A stretch of DNA of 64,000 nt from Candidatus Latescibacterota bacterium (GTDB lineage Bacteria; Krumholzibacteriota; Krumholzibacteriia; WVZY01). Under the pieces are notes generated by a model. That model did no database searches and had not been told where the DNA came from. It worked only from the letters and a program-made list of their open reading frames with translations. Within the stretch, counting starts at the first letter, position 1. Every line of letters begins with the position of its first letter. The stretch spans positions 1 through 64,000 of the forward strand of contig CAWBQK010000009.1 in NCBI GenBank assembly GCA_963791045.1, given 5' to 3'. The position numbers and the translations under genes were made by a program. Shown here in pieces: positions 32,781-42,428 of the stretch.

Positions 32781-34327
32781 TTTATATAACCGAGACTCTT
32801 GAGCTTCTTGAGAAGTTCGGGATCATTAACTTTTTCTTCGAACCCCGGCATCATCCACCCAATCGGAGGCGGCGGCCCGATCGCGTCTTTTCCTTCGTTA
32901 TTCATGACCATCTCATCGAGTCGTGAGAGGAGCGCTTCGAGAGCTTGTTTACTGCCCTCATCTTGCGCGATATCTTTCGTCTCACGAGGATCCCGGTCGA
33001 TACGATACAACTCGTAATCATCGTCCGACCCCCAAATCAATTTCATCTTGCCGTCCTGAACCGCGCGCAGGCGCCGCATAAACGGAACCAGCTTTGCCGC
33101 CCGCCGGTTTCTCTCGGCGACATCGAGTTTTAAAAGATCAGGTTTGAACACCGACAACACCTGGCGCGGATAGTAATACTCGGCAAACACGGTGGCGTCC
33201 ACCGACTCCGCCCCTTCGGCAAAGAGATCACGGCCGACCCGCCGGCCCCGTTGCTTGATTCCACACTGCTTGAGAATTGTTGGGAAAAGATCGAGAAGTT
33301 CCGAGCGGTCGCGCCTCACCTCGCCGGCGCGGGAACCGCCGGGGAAACGAACAATCAGAGGGATCTCGAGCAGCGTGTTGTGGACGCTGAAAACATGCCC
33401 CACGAAACCGTGATCGCCGAGGTTCTCCCCATGATCGGAGATGATAACAACCAACGTCTCCTCGATGCGACCGTCCCGTTTGATGATTTCAAACAGTTCG
33501 CCGATCCTCGCGTCGAGGTGGGCCATTTCTCCATCGTACAGACGATTTGCCAGCGCGAGACGCTCCTGGTCAAACGGTTCGATCAGATAATGACCGGAGA
33601 GATCCATGTCCATGACTTCGAGAACCTCGCCCTGTGAGAATTCGTCGCCAACGAACCTGGAACGATATGGCTCGGGCGGCTCGTAGGGCGCATGTGCTTC
33701 GATATAGTTGAGGAAGGCAAAGTACGGCCGTTCGCGATCGCTGGACATGAGGAACCGGCGGAACGCCATGTTGTTTTGCTCGGCAAAACTCTTGTCCTTG
33801 TCGCGTTTGACCTTCAACCGGAACACTTCGTCAAACACGTCGAACCCTCTGACAAGACCGCTCGGACGGTTTACAACGGGATTCGCCGATACGGCGTACG
33901 TTTGATAACCCGCACTTCCAAGAAGCTCGGCGAGCGTGGGGACTTCGGTTGAAAGCTCAAGTGTTTCCTGCGTCGCGCGGTGCCCCACGGGGTAGAGCCC
34001 CGTGAACAGCGACGCGTGGGCGGCGAGCGTCCACCCGGAGTTCGAATAGAAATGTTCGAACCGGACGCCTTGCTTCGCGATGGCATCGATATTCGGCGTC
34101 GTGGGACGGTCGTACCCGTAGCACGACAGCCGATCGGCCCGCACGGTGTCGAGAACGATGAGTACCACGTTGTGTTTGGGCGCAGCGGTGCCGGACTCAC
34201 CCGAACAGCCCAGCAGACCCAACGTCGCGATGATGAGCAGGAAAAGCACAATCGCCGTTTGCGATTGTCTGCGTTTGAACGCGTTTTTGATTATGTTTGA
34301 CGGCATGAGTGTTTTCGCCTGAGTCAC
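32777..34327 (-). CDS. Sulfatase-like (alkaline phosphatase superfamily) lipoprotein, Thr at nucleophile position
   Basis: LDTVRADRL, TPNID, WTLAAHASLFTG, SDHGE; lipobox-like LLGC; ends LKSLGYIK. Confidence 0.85.
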   Translation of the reverse strand: MTQAKTLMPSNIIKNAFKRRQSQTAIVLFLLIIATLGLLGCSGESGTAAPKHNVVLIVLDTVRADRLSCYGYDRPTTPNIDAIAKQGVRFEHFYSNSGWTLAAHASLFTGLYPVGHRATQETLELSTEVPTLAELLGSAGYQTYAVSANPVVNRPSGLVRGFDVFDEVFRLKVKRDKDKSFAEQNNMAFRRFLMSSDRERPYFAFLNYIEAHAPYEPPEPYRSRFVGDEFSQGEVLEVMDMDLSGHYLIEPFDQERLALANRLYDGEMAHLDARIGELFEIIKRDGRIEETLVVIISDHGENLGDHGFVGHVFSVHNTLLEIPLIVRFPGGSRAGEVRRDRSELLDLFPTILKQCGIKQRGRRVGRDLFAEGAESVDATVFAEYYYPRQVLSVFKPDLLKLDVAERNRRAAKLVPFMRRLRAVQDGKMKLIWGSDDDYELYRIDRDPRETKDIAQDEGSKQALEALLSRLDEMVMNNEGKDAIGPPPPIGWMMPGFEEKVNDPELLKKLKSLGYIK

Positions 34328-34332
34328 ATCGC

Positions 34333-34420
34333 AGGCGTGGGTGGCATCGATGGGGCCCCCAAAACGCGCGAAGCGTTAGCGAGCGAGTGTGGGATAATCG
34401 ATGACAGGACCCGCGCCGGG
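34333..34420. repeat. Dispersed palindromic (REP-like) element, copy 2
   Basis: AGGCGTGGGTGGCATCGATGGGGCCCCC...ATCGATGACAGGACCCGCGCCGGG. Confidence 0.7.
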
Positions 34421-34531
34421 ATGCGCCTCCATTGCAACTTGTTTTCGAAATCCATCGTAGACAAGAATAACCGAATATCCTCTATCGAAAAAGTCCATAT
34501 ATGTCCGGCCGATCCAATCGAGGAGGTTGAT

Positions 34532-35176
34532 ATGACCAGAAACATGATGCGAAATCGTGTGGTGATCCTTGCCGCGTTCACTCTCGTGGTGTCCGCGTTG
34601 GTTTCTTCGTCCGAGGACTGGGAAAAGAGATGGAATGAGCGTCAGCCTCCCGACAAGGTGATGGACGCAGTCGGTATCGAGCCCGGTATGACCGTGGCGG
34701 AGTTCGGCGCGGGCCGCGGACGTTACGCCGTGCAGGTCGCCGCCCGTCTCGGCGCCAGGGGCAAAATGTATGCTGAGGACATCGACGCGGGCGCGCTCGA
34801 ATACCTCGCGTCACGCTGCGAACGTGACAATATCCAGAACGTGGAGACGATCCTTGGTACGGTCACGGACCCAAAGTTCCCCAAAGGGTCGTGTGACTTT
34901 GCCTACTGTATCAACACGTATCACCACATCGAACAACCGGTTCAGCTCCTCCGAAACATGATCCCGGGCCTCAAACCCGATGGACGACTGGTCATCATCG
35001 AGCATTCACCGGAGAAAGCGCTCAAAGAGGGGTTTGAAGGGCACTGCACGCCGACCGATTCGGTGGTCGCGCACGCGACTGCGGCCGGGTACAAACTCGT
35101 GGAGACACACTCGTTTCTCGAACTCGATGAAATCTATGTGTTCGCGGTAGCGGCCAAAGAAAAAGCGGCCGATTGA
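34532..35176 (+). CDS. Class I SAM-dependent methyltransferase, N-terminal signal-like segment
   Basis: VAEFGAGRG, YAEDID, LKPDGRLVIIE; RBS GAGGAGG. Confidence 0.85.
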   Translation: MTRNMMRNRVVILAAFTLVVSALVSSSEDWEKRWNERQPPDKVMDAVGIEPGMTVAEFGAGRGRYAVQVAARLGARGKMYAEDIDAGALEYLASRCERDNIQNVETILGTVTDPKFPKGSCDFAYCINTYHHIEQPVQLLRNMIPGLKPDGRLVIIEHSPEKALKEGFEGHCTPTDSVVAHATAAGYKLVETHSFLELDEIYVFAVAAKEKAAD

Positions 35177-35221
35177 GCGCTTTGCATTGCTCGACCGGCC
35201 GCGAGTCCGAAATGTCGTGGA

Positions 35222-35869
35222 TTACTTCGCCTGGTCGCCAAAAAGATCTCTGAATTTGACCAGCTTGGGAGCGACAACCGCCTGGCAGTACCCCTGCTCC
35301 GGGTTGCGTTTGAAGTAGTTCTGGTGATACTCCTCCGCCTCGAAAAAAACTTTCAGAGGAACAACTTCGGTAACTATCGGCTGATTCACGAGCTTTTTGG
35401 ATTCGATCTCGGCGATCTTTTTTTCGGCGGCTTCCTTCTGGCTCTCATTGTGGTAGAAAACCACCGACCGGTACTGGCTACCCACATCGGCTCCTTGCCG
35501 GTTGAGCGTGGTCGCATCGTGAATCGAGAAAAACACATTGAGAATTTCGTCAAAACTCACCACGCTCGCGTCGAACTCGATCTGGACGACCTCGGCATGC
35601 CCGGTACCGCCTGAACAAACCTCTTTGTAGGTGGGATTCTTTACCGCGCCGCCGGCGTACCCCGACACGACGGTCTTAACGCCTTTGAGCTCTTCGTATA
35701 CCGCTTCGAGACACCAAAAGCATCCACCGCCGAGTGTCGTCATCTGTGTGTCGCCGTTCTTACCCGCCGCTTTTGCCGAATCGCTCATCAGCTGTCCTTT
35801 CGGGATTCCGGGGCCGTTCAAAACGAAGAAGCCCAGGACGAGAATTGTCATCGATATTGATTTCCACAT
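35222..35869 (-). CDS. msrA: Peptide-methionine (S)-S-oxide reductase, with N-terminal signal-like segment
   Basis: GGGCFWC, TGHAEVV, QYRS, AEEYHQNY, GYC. Confidence 0.95.
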   Translation of the reverse strand: MWKSISMTILVLGFFVLNGPGIPKGQLMSDSAKAAGKNGDTQMTTLGGGCFWCLEAVYEELKGVKTVVSGYAGGAVKNPTYKEVCSGGTGHAEVVQIEFDASVVSFDEILNVFFSIHDATTLNRQGADVGSQYRSVVFYHNESQKEAAEKKIAEIESKKLVNQPIVTEVVPLKVFFEAEEYHQNYFKRNPEQGYCQAVVAPKLVKFRDLFGDQAK

Positions 35870-36099
35870 TATTGACTCCCTATGATAGACCCGTGCAGAG
35901 TTGATTGGAATATACAAAAGAGACACGGCCGCGGCAAATCCTTCATGTATTAGCGCGTATGTGAACGCCTTCACGTGGATGGTCCAGTAAAATTCCTGAC
36001 CCGCGCTGGGTAAGTGAGCGCAACCGTGACAATTGATGGGCGCCGTGGTAATATTTAACTTCAGAACAAGATCGAAACATTTGTCGAAACCACAATTAC

Positions 36100-37563
36100 A
36101 TGATGTCCTGGATTTCCGCATATAGACGCGTACTAACAGCCGGGGCGGCGCTGTCGTTGATCTGCGCCGTGGGTCTTTCGGTTTTGTCGGCCGGTTGCGG
36201 GCGCGGTGGGACGCCGCCCACGCGCAAACACGTTCTCGTGCTCACGATCGACACACTCCGTCACGATTATCTCTCCTCGGCGGGATATGATCTCCCGACG
36301 ACACCCTTCATTGACTCGCTTCTGTCCGGCGGAGTCGTTTTTGACAATGCCATCACACCCATCCCGCGGACGACACAGGCGCTGGCGAGTATGCTTACAG
36401 GCGCTTATCCGCACACCCACGGTGTGCGAACACTCTTCGATTCACTTTCCGACAACGTAACGACCGTGACGGAACTTGCACGTGGCGCGGGATATAAAAC
36501 GATCGCCGTGGTATCCAACCACATCCTCACGCGCGAACGCGGTCTCGACCGCGGATTCGATGTCTACGATTTTGGGACCGACGCGCGCGACGCCCAGGCG
36601 ACCACCCAGGCGGCGATCACACAGCTGCAAACCGTGAATCGGGACGATAAGCTCTTTGTCTGGGTTCATTACATCGACCCGCACGTGCCGTATTATCCGC
36701 CCCAGGAAATCGTCCACGACTTCGCTCCCAACTACGAGGGACGGTACAAGTGGCATTTCGGAGCAAAAAAAGGCGGGATTGGAAACCATGCCTATCCCAA
36801 AGATCTTCCGAAATCGAAGGCGGTGTTCCAGAATCCGCTTCCCGATTACGTCAACGCGCATATCCGTCGGCTTTACGCCGCCGACATCCGGTTTTCGGAC
36901 GACGCGGTGGCCGGTTTGATAACGTGGCTGCGGCGTGAGCTTGGCGAAGACTGGGTAATTGTGTTTGCGTCCGATCACGGGGAAAGCCTGGGCGAGCACG
37001 ATTATTTCTACGATCACGGCGACTATGTGTACAATGCGACGCTTAGGGTCCCCCTGGGCATCGTCCTCCCCGAAACCGACCCGCTCTTCCGTAAAGGACA
37101 CGTTGAGAGCTGGGTATCGCTTGCCGACATCACGCCGACACTCGCGGAGCTGATGAACCTGGAGTTCAACGGGGCGAATAAACAACTGGAGAGCCGGTCG
37201 CTGGTTCCCTGTCTCAGGGGCGAGTCGCTTCCCTCACAACCGGTGTTTTCGGAATGCGGCAAGGCGTTCTTCCCGGACCTCGTTCACCGCCGGACGGAGT
37301 TCACCGTGGCGGGACGTTTTCGAACGGTCATCGATGGCGACTGGAAACTCATCTGGACGCCGGGACAAGAGGACAGCCTGTCGTTCGAACTCTACAATCT
37401 CACGACGGACCCCGGCGAAACCCACAATATTCATGACCCGGCGCACCCGGAGGCCCGGCGTCTGACCGGGCTGCTCACACAGTGGCTCAAAAACACACCG
37501 CAACGCGACAGCACACCGAGCGACGCGGACATCGAGCGCCTCAAATCCCTCGGTTACATCTAA
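36100..37563 (+). CDS. Sulfatase-like lipoprotein, Thr at nucleophile position
   Basis: IDTLRHD, TPFID, PRTTQALASMLTG, HYIDPH, SDHGE; lipobox-like SAGC; ends RLKSLGYI. Confidence 0.85.
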   Translation: MMSWISAYRRVLTAGAALSLICAVGLSVLSAGCGRGGTPPTRKHVLVLTIDTLRHDYLSSAGYDLPTTPFIDSLLSGGVVFDNAITPIPRTTQALASMLTGAYPHTHGVRTLFDSLSDNVTTVTELARGAGYKTIAVVSNHILTRERGLDRGFDVYDFGTDARDAQATTQAAITQLQTVNRDDKLFVWVHYIDPHVPYYPPQEIVHDFAPNYEGRYKWHFGAKKGGIGNHAYPKDLPKSKAVFQNPLPDYVNAHIRRLYAADIRFSDDAVAGLITWLRRELGEDWVIVFASDHGESLGEHDYFYDHGDYVYNATLRVPLGIVLPETDPLFRKGHVESWVSLADITPTLAELMNLEFNGANKQLESRSLVPCLRGESLPSQPVFSECGKAFFPDLVHRRTEFTVAGRFRTVIDGDWKLIWTPGQEDSLSFELYNLTTDPGETHNIHDPAHPEARRLTGLLTQWLKNTPQRDSTPSDADIERLKSLGYI

Positions 37564-37579
37564 TCCGACAGCGGGGTAG

Positions 37580-38998
37580 TTACCACTCGGGGTTTTCCGC
37601 GGTAAGATATTCGTGGATCGATCGTGCCGCTTTGCGTCCGGCGCCCATCGCCATAATAACGGTTGCGGCTCCTGTCATCACGTCGCCACCCGTCCACACA
37701 CGCGGTTTCGAGGTCTTGCCCGTCTCGTCGTCGGCGGCGATATTGCCTTTTCTTCCGATGTCGAGTCCCGGGGTCGTCTGGGCGATCAAGGGGTTCGGGC
37801 TGTTTCCGATCGCGCACACAATCGCGTCGACGGGGACCAGCGTCTCCGAGCCTTCGACGGGCACGGGCCGGCGGCGCCCCGACTCGTCGGGTTCTCCCAG
37901 CTCCATCCTTTTGCACTCCATCTCCTTGACCCAACCGTTTTCGTCACCGATATAACGAAGCGGCAGTGTCAGAAGATCGAATATGACGCCTTCTTCCTCC
38001 GCATTTTCGACTTCTTCGAGTCGCGCGGGAAGTTCGTCCCTCGACCGCCGGTACACTATGTGGGTTTCGGCGCCCAGTCGCAGCGCGGTCCTGGCGCAGT
38101 CCATGGCCACGTTGCCCCCACCGACGACGAACACTTTCTTGTGGTTCTTGATCGGTGTACCGCTACCCGGGAGATAACCCTTCATCAGGTTCATTCGCGT
38201 CAGGTATTCGTTGGCCGAGTACACGCCGTTGAGGTTTTCTCCGGGGATATCCATAAACCACGGAAGCCCGGCGCCCGAACCGACAAAACAGGCGTCGTAT
38301 TCTTCGAGCAGGCTGTCAATCGTTCTCGTCCTGCCGATGATATAGTCCGTCACCATCTCCACGCCGAGTTTCTCGAGATAGTCCACTTCGCGTTTGACGA
38401 TCTTCTTGGGCAATCTGAATTCCGGAATTCCGTAGATCAATACGCCGCCCATTTCGTGGAGCGCTTCAAAAATCGTGACACCGTGACCCTGTTTGATGAG
38501 ATCGCCCGCAACGGTCAACCCCGCGGGGCCTCCACCGATTACCGCAATCTTCTTGCCCGTCGCCGGCGGAATCTCCGGCAGCTTGAGATTTTCCTGTTCG
38601 GCTTCCCAGTCGGCGAGGAACCGTTCGACACGGCCGATGGCAAGCTCGCCGCCCTTTTTTTGCAGTGCGCACACGCCCTCGCACTGGTCTTCCTGTGGGC
38701 ACACCCTTCCACACACGGCTGGAAGCAGGTTTTTGTCTTTGAGTATGCGGACACCTTCGGCGAAATCCCCTTCGGCCACCGCGGCCATCATCCCCGCGAT
38801 ATCGATCTCCACCGGACAGCTGCTAACACACCTCGGCTTCTTGCATACGAGACACCGGGCGGCTTCTTCCATCGCCAATTCCGCTGTGTATCCAAGCGCG
38901 ACTTCATCGAAATTGTGCGCGCGCACATCTTCGGCCTGTTTGGGCATCTCTCTTCTATTGAGATCGATCTTCTTTTTTTCTTTCTTGGGTTCGGCCAC
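37580..38998 (-). CDS. nfnB: NfnB/SudA (GltD-like) FAD/FeS NADPH oxidoreductase
   Basis: EAARCLVC...CP, CGRVCPQEDQC, GGGPAG, GGGNVAMD, YRRS; directly after nfnA; no gltB nearby. Confidence 0.88.
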   Translation of the reverse strand: MAEPKKEKKKIDLNRREMPKQAEDVRAHNFDEVALGYTAELAMEEAARCLVCKKPRCVSSCPVEIDIAGMMAAVAEGDFAEGVRILKDKNLLPAVCGRVCPQEDQCEGVCALQKKGGELAIGRVERFLADWEAEQENLKLPEIPPATGKKIAVIGGGPAGLTVAGDLIKQGHGVTIFEALHEMGGVLIYGIPEFRLPKKIVKREVDYLEKLGVEMVTDYIIGRTRTIDSLLEEYDACFVGSGAGLPWFMDIPGENLNGVYSANEYLTRMNLMKGYLPGSGTPIKNHKKVFVVGGGNVAMDCARTALRLGAETHIVYRRSRDELPARLEEVENAEEEGVIFDLLTLPLRYIGDENGWVKEMECKRMELGEPDESGRRRPVPVEGSETLVPVDAIVCAIGNSPNPLIAQTTPGLDIGRKGNIAADDETGKTSKPRVWTGGDVMTGAATVIMAMGAGRKAARSIHEYLTAENPEW

Positions 38999-39061
38999 TG
39001 TATTAATCCTCTTGCTTGACGAATTGCCTATTACAAAATCTTGATATTTGATTTCCGCCTG

Positions 39062-39907
39062 CTATTGCGACAGGCAGGTCCGCTTCTTACACCCGCTCGT
39101 CTTGATGGATTTGGTTTCTTCGGCGACGTATGACTTCCGCCTCTGAAACAGCTCATCCCAATCCACCTCGTGTCCGTCAAAATCGGGACCATCCACGCAG
39201 GCAAACTTGGTTTCCGATCCAACCGTCACGCGGCAAACGCCGCACATTCCCGTGCCGTCGATCATGATTGGGTTCAAGGCGACAATCGTCTTGATCCCCA
39301 GGGGACGGCTCGCGTCGCAGCCTTTTTTAAGGAGGAGCGTACAGCCGTTTATAATGATCCGGTTGACGGGCACACCAAGCGACTCAATGATTTCGGGAAG
39401 CTGGTCAACGTGCCCCTTGATTCCTTTTGTGCCGTCGCGAGTGATGTAAATAATCTCGTCGGCCACGTCGCGCAGTTTCTCTTCCCAATACATGAGATAG
39501 GAGCTTCTGCTCTCCATCACCACGACGACCTTGTTGTTTTTCTCTTTCAACCCGCGGGCAATCGGATACACACTCCCGATTCCGTAACACCCACACAAAA
39601 GGAGAACCGTCCCAAACTCCTCAATCTCTGACGGCGTCCCCAACGGCCCCGCAAGAGTCGGAATACTATCGCCCTCTCTTAGCTCCGAGAGCTTTCCGGT
39701 TGTGTGTCCCACGTTCTGAACGACGGTGGTTACCGTTCCTTTTTCCGCATCCCAGTCGGAAAGCGACAACGGTATCCTTTCACCCTCCTCGTCCGCACGG
39801 ACAATAATGAACTGTCCGGGCTGAGCGGACTTTGCGACCGCGGGCGCTTCAAATGTCATGCGAAAAGCATTCGGGATGATCATCTCGGACTTGACCAGCT
39901 TAAACAT
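39062..39907 (-). CDS. nfnA: NfnA/SudB-like FAD, 2Fe-2S subunit (divergent)
   Basis: PGQF, GERIPL, GPLG, MIDGTGMCGVCRV, FACVDGPDFD. Confidence 0.85.
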   Translation of the reverse strand: MFKLVKSEMIIPNAFRMTFEAPAVAKSAQPGQFIIVRADEEGERIPLSLSDWDAEKGTVTTVVQNVGHTTGKLSELREGDSIPTLAGPLGTPSEIEEFGTVLLLCGCYGIGSVYPIARGLKEKNNKVVVVMESRSSYLMYWEEKLRDVADEIIYITRDGTKGIKGHVDQLPEIIESLGVPVNRIIINGCTLLLKKGCDASRPLGIKTIVALNPIMIDGTGMCGVCRVTVGSETKFACVDGPDFDGHEVDWDELFQRRKSYVAEETKSIKTSGCKKRTCLSQ

Positions 39908-42428
39908 CTTTTTTCCTTAAGTTTACACGCAGCGTACGCAACCCATCGGTGTCGGGTCCATCCAGTATAGTGCTCAACAAACCCGGCGGCTGTTCATCGA
40001 TCAGGCGAGCGCGCCATATTTTTTCAAAACCGTCCGAATTGACGATAACTTCGTCGCCCTCGGAAACCCCCGCGTTCAATGCGTCGTCGCGGTTCATCTC
40101 GACCACGCCTTCAATAAACAACTCCCCTGTTCCCGGTACGAATTCCCGCAGGGAAAGTCCCCTGTAGGTATGCTCGGAGACTGCGACACGAAGAACAAAC
40201 GGACAGTCGCCGGCATTCTCTTCCGGCTGAGATCCGGCGTCCGCCGCATCGTCCGATCCGGAACGATCCCCCTCCGGCAACGCGGCAAGTTCCATTCGCG
40301 CGGCATCAATATCTTTGTAACCGGCGACGATCTCTGACATTTCTTTTTGAATCTCGCCGACATTCTTGAAATCAAAACCGCTCTTCCCCATTTTTCTCGC
40401 GATCCGGCACAGGACATCCCAATCGGGCAGCGCATCCCCGGGAGGATCGACGATCTTACGCACCCTCTGTATCCGTCCCTCACCGTTGACAAAGGTGCCG
40501 TCCGCTTCGGAGAACGCCGCCGAAGGCAGTGAAAGGTCCGGATTGACGTCCGGCAGGGCCGGATAAATATTTTGATAGATCAAGAAATCGGTTTGAGGCC
40601 GCTCCGCGGGAGAACCATCGCCCACAAGAAAAGTCACCTTCGTTTTTTGCTTGATCGAGAATACGTAAGGCTCCGGCGACGATCCCGATCCGGCAAGATC
40701 GACACCCCACAATTTCGAGAGCTTTTTTATCTGGGCCGCATCGGATGAGGAATACCCACCGGGGAGAATTCCGGAACTGGCACCCATAAGGAGCGAGCCG
40801 AAAAGATTGTTGTGCGGAGGAAGAACGACGACCTTCGCGCCTATCGCCTCGCCGAGCAGTTTTATCGACCGGAGAATGTCCCGGGTCGACTCGCGCTGCA
40901 GAACTTCGGTTCCAACAAGAATGACGGGGTTATCCGCACCCCGCAGCATCGTCGCCGCGTTGAGAACGACTTCATCGACAGCGTCGCCCTCCCGATCAGC
41001 CGGGGGCTTCTCGCCGTTGCCATTGACCGAACCAAGAAGTTTTTCGAAGAACTTTCTCTCGGTGCCGGGTTGCGGCTTGATCCAAAGATCGCTCGATATC
41101 GCCAGTTCATTCGCGCGGGGATTGAGCGTAATAACTCTCGCTCCCCTGGCAACGGCTTTTCGAAGTTCGACGTTTACGACCGACTGAGCGAACTGGACGT
41201 CCAGACCAGCGCAGAATGCTACCTGCGCGTTCTTGATATCGGCGAGAGTTCCCGGCATTCTCAAAAGATCGACATAAGCGTCGAGGTCCGGCCCAAAGAA
41301 ACGCCTCGCATCGGTATCGATGTTGCCGGAACCCATCACGACACGCGTGAATTTTTGAGCGACATATAGATCTTCGCTCGAACAGTTCGCTGACACTACC
41401 ATCCCGAATTCTTCTGGACCACATTCGACAAGTCTCTCGGTCGCCAACGCTACCGCGTCATCCCACGAGCACTCCAACGACACACCATTTTCAAACGCGT
41501 ACGGCTTGGTCACGCGCGTTTCGTCGTTCACCAGCTCCGGAAGACAAAACCGGCCTTTCACGCAAAGTTGAGCATCGCTTACGACCGGGTCTTCGACCGG
41601 CAGACTACCGATGAGTTCATCCCCTTTGGCCAGCAGCTTGACCTGGCAGCCTATACCGCACAGAGGACAAGTCGAAACTTCTTCTTTGTCCGCGACGCCA
41701 TCCCATTTCTTGACTCTTTCCGACAGCGCGCCGGTCGGGCAAACGGCGATACACTCTCCGCAGAACTCGCAGCCCGCGTCGATCTGATCGCAGTCGTATG
41801 CCGTCCCCACCATCGTGTCCGAACCGCGTCTAAGAAACGCCAGAGCGGCCGAACCACGGAGCTCCCCACACACGCGCACGCAGCGCCCACAAAGAATACA
41901 AAGATTGTAGTCGCGGTCGATAAACGGGTCGCCTTTGGTCACTGGAATACCGCGGTATTTGATCGGATACACAAGCTCCTTCACACCGAGATATTCGGCC
42001 ACGTCCTGCAGTTCGCACTGGCCATCCGTGGGGCAGTAACGGCAACCCGTGGTAACACCCGCCTTGCGAACAGTTGTTTGCTTCGCCCGGCAATCATCCT
42101 TCTCGCCGCAAATCAAGCAACTCGACGGATGTTCGCTCAATATTAACTGGAGAATATCGACGCGCGCAGATTGAACGGCTTTCGAATTGGTTTTTACTTC
42201 CATTCCCTCTGTGACCGGCGTCGTACACGCCGCGGGGTATCCGCGCATCCCATCGACCTCGACGACACACATCCTGCATGCGCCAAACGGCGTCAGCTCC
42301 TTGTGGGTGCACAGCGTCGGTATGTATATGCCGTTTTGCTCGGCGGCTTGCAGAATGGTCGATCCCTTCTCGGCCTCGACCAGCTTGCCGTCCATTTTGA
42401 TTTTCATCTTCTGTGCTGTTTTACTCAT
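39900..42428 (-). CDS. NuoG/FdhA-like multi-FeS protein lacking the Mo/W-ligating Cys/Sec
   Basis: IPTLC..GACRMC..AC, HxxxCxxC, two 4Fe-4S motifs, CPLCGIGC..LCVKG; Fdh active-site region reads NIDTDARRFF. Confidence 0.8.
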   Translation of the reverse strand: MSKTAQKMKIKMDGKLVEAEKGSTILQAAEQNGIYIPTLCTHKELTPFGACRMCVVEVDGMRGYPAACTTPVTEGMEVKTNSKAVQSARVDILQLILSEHPSSCLICGEKDDCRAKQTTVRKAGVTTGCRYCPTDGQCELQDVAEYLGVKELVYPIKYRGIPVTKGDPFIDRDYNLCILCGRCVRVCGELRGSAALAFLRRGSDTMVGTAYDCDQIDAGCEFCGECIAVCPTGALSERVKKWDGVADKEEVSTCPLCGIGCQVKLLAKGDELIGSLPVEDPVVSDAQLCVKGRFCLPELVNDETRVTKPYAFENGVSLECSWDDAVALATERLVECGPEEFGMVVSANCSSEDLYVAQKFTRVVMGSGNIDTDARRFFGPDLDAYVDLLRMPGTLADIKNAQVAFCAGLDVQFAQSVVNVELRKAVARGARVITLNPRANELAISSDLWIKPQPGTERKFFEKLLGSVNGNGEKPPADREGDAVDEVVLNAATMLRGADNPVILVGTEVLQRESTRDILRSIKLLGEAIGAKVVVLPPHNNLFGSLLMGASSGILPGGYSSSDAAQIKKLSKLWGVDLAGSGSSPEPYVFSIKQKTKVTFLVGDGSPAERPQTDFLIYQNIYPALPDVNPDLSLPSAAFSEADGTFVNGEGRIQRVRKIVDPPGDALPDWDVLCRIARKMGKSGFDFKNVGEIQKEMSEIVAGYKDIDAARMELAALPEGDRSGSDDAADAGSQPEENAGDCPFVLRVAVSEHTYRGLSLREFVPGTGELFIEGVVEMNRDDALNAGVSEGDEVIVNSDGFEKIWRARLIDEQPPGLLSTILDGPDTDGLRTLRVNLRKKDV

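Noticed and set aside
37580-38998. Glutamate synthase small subunit gltD
   Set aside because: No gltB nearby; adjacency to nfnA indicates NfnB/SudA
39900-42428. Formate dehydrogenase or [FeFe]-hydrogenase call; selenocysteine recoding
   Set aside because: No Cys/Sec-His at the Mo site, no in-frame TGA and no H-cluster motifs
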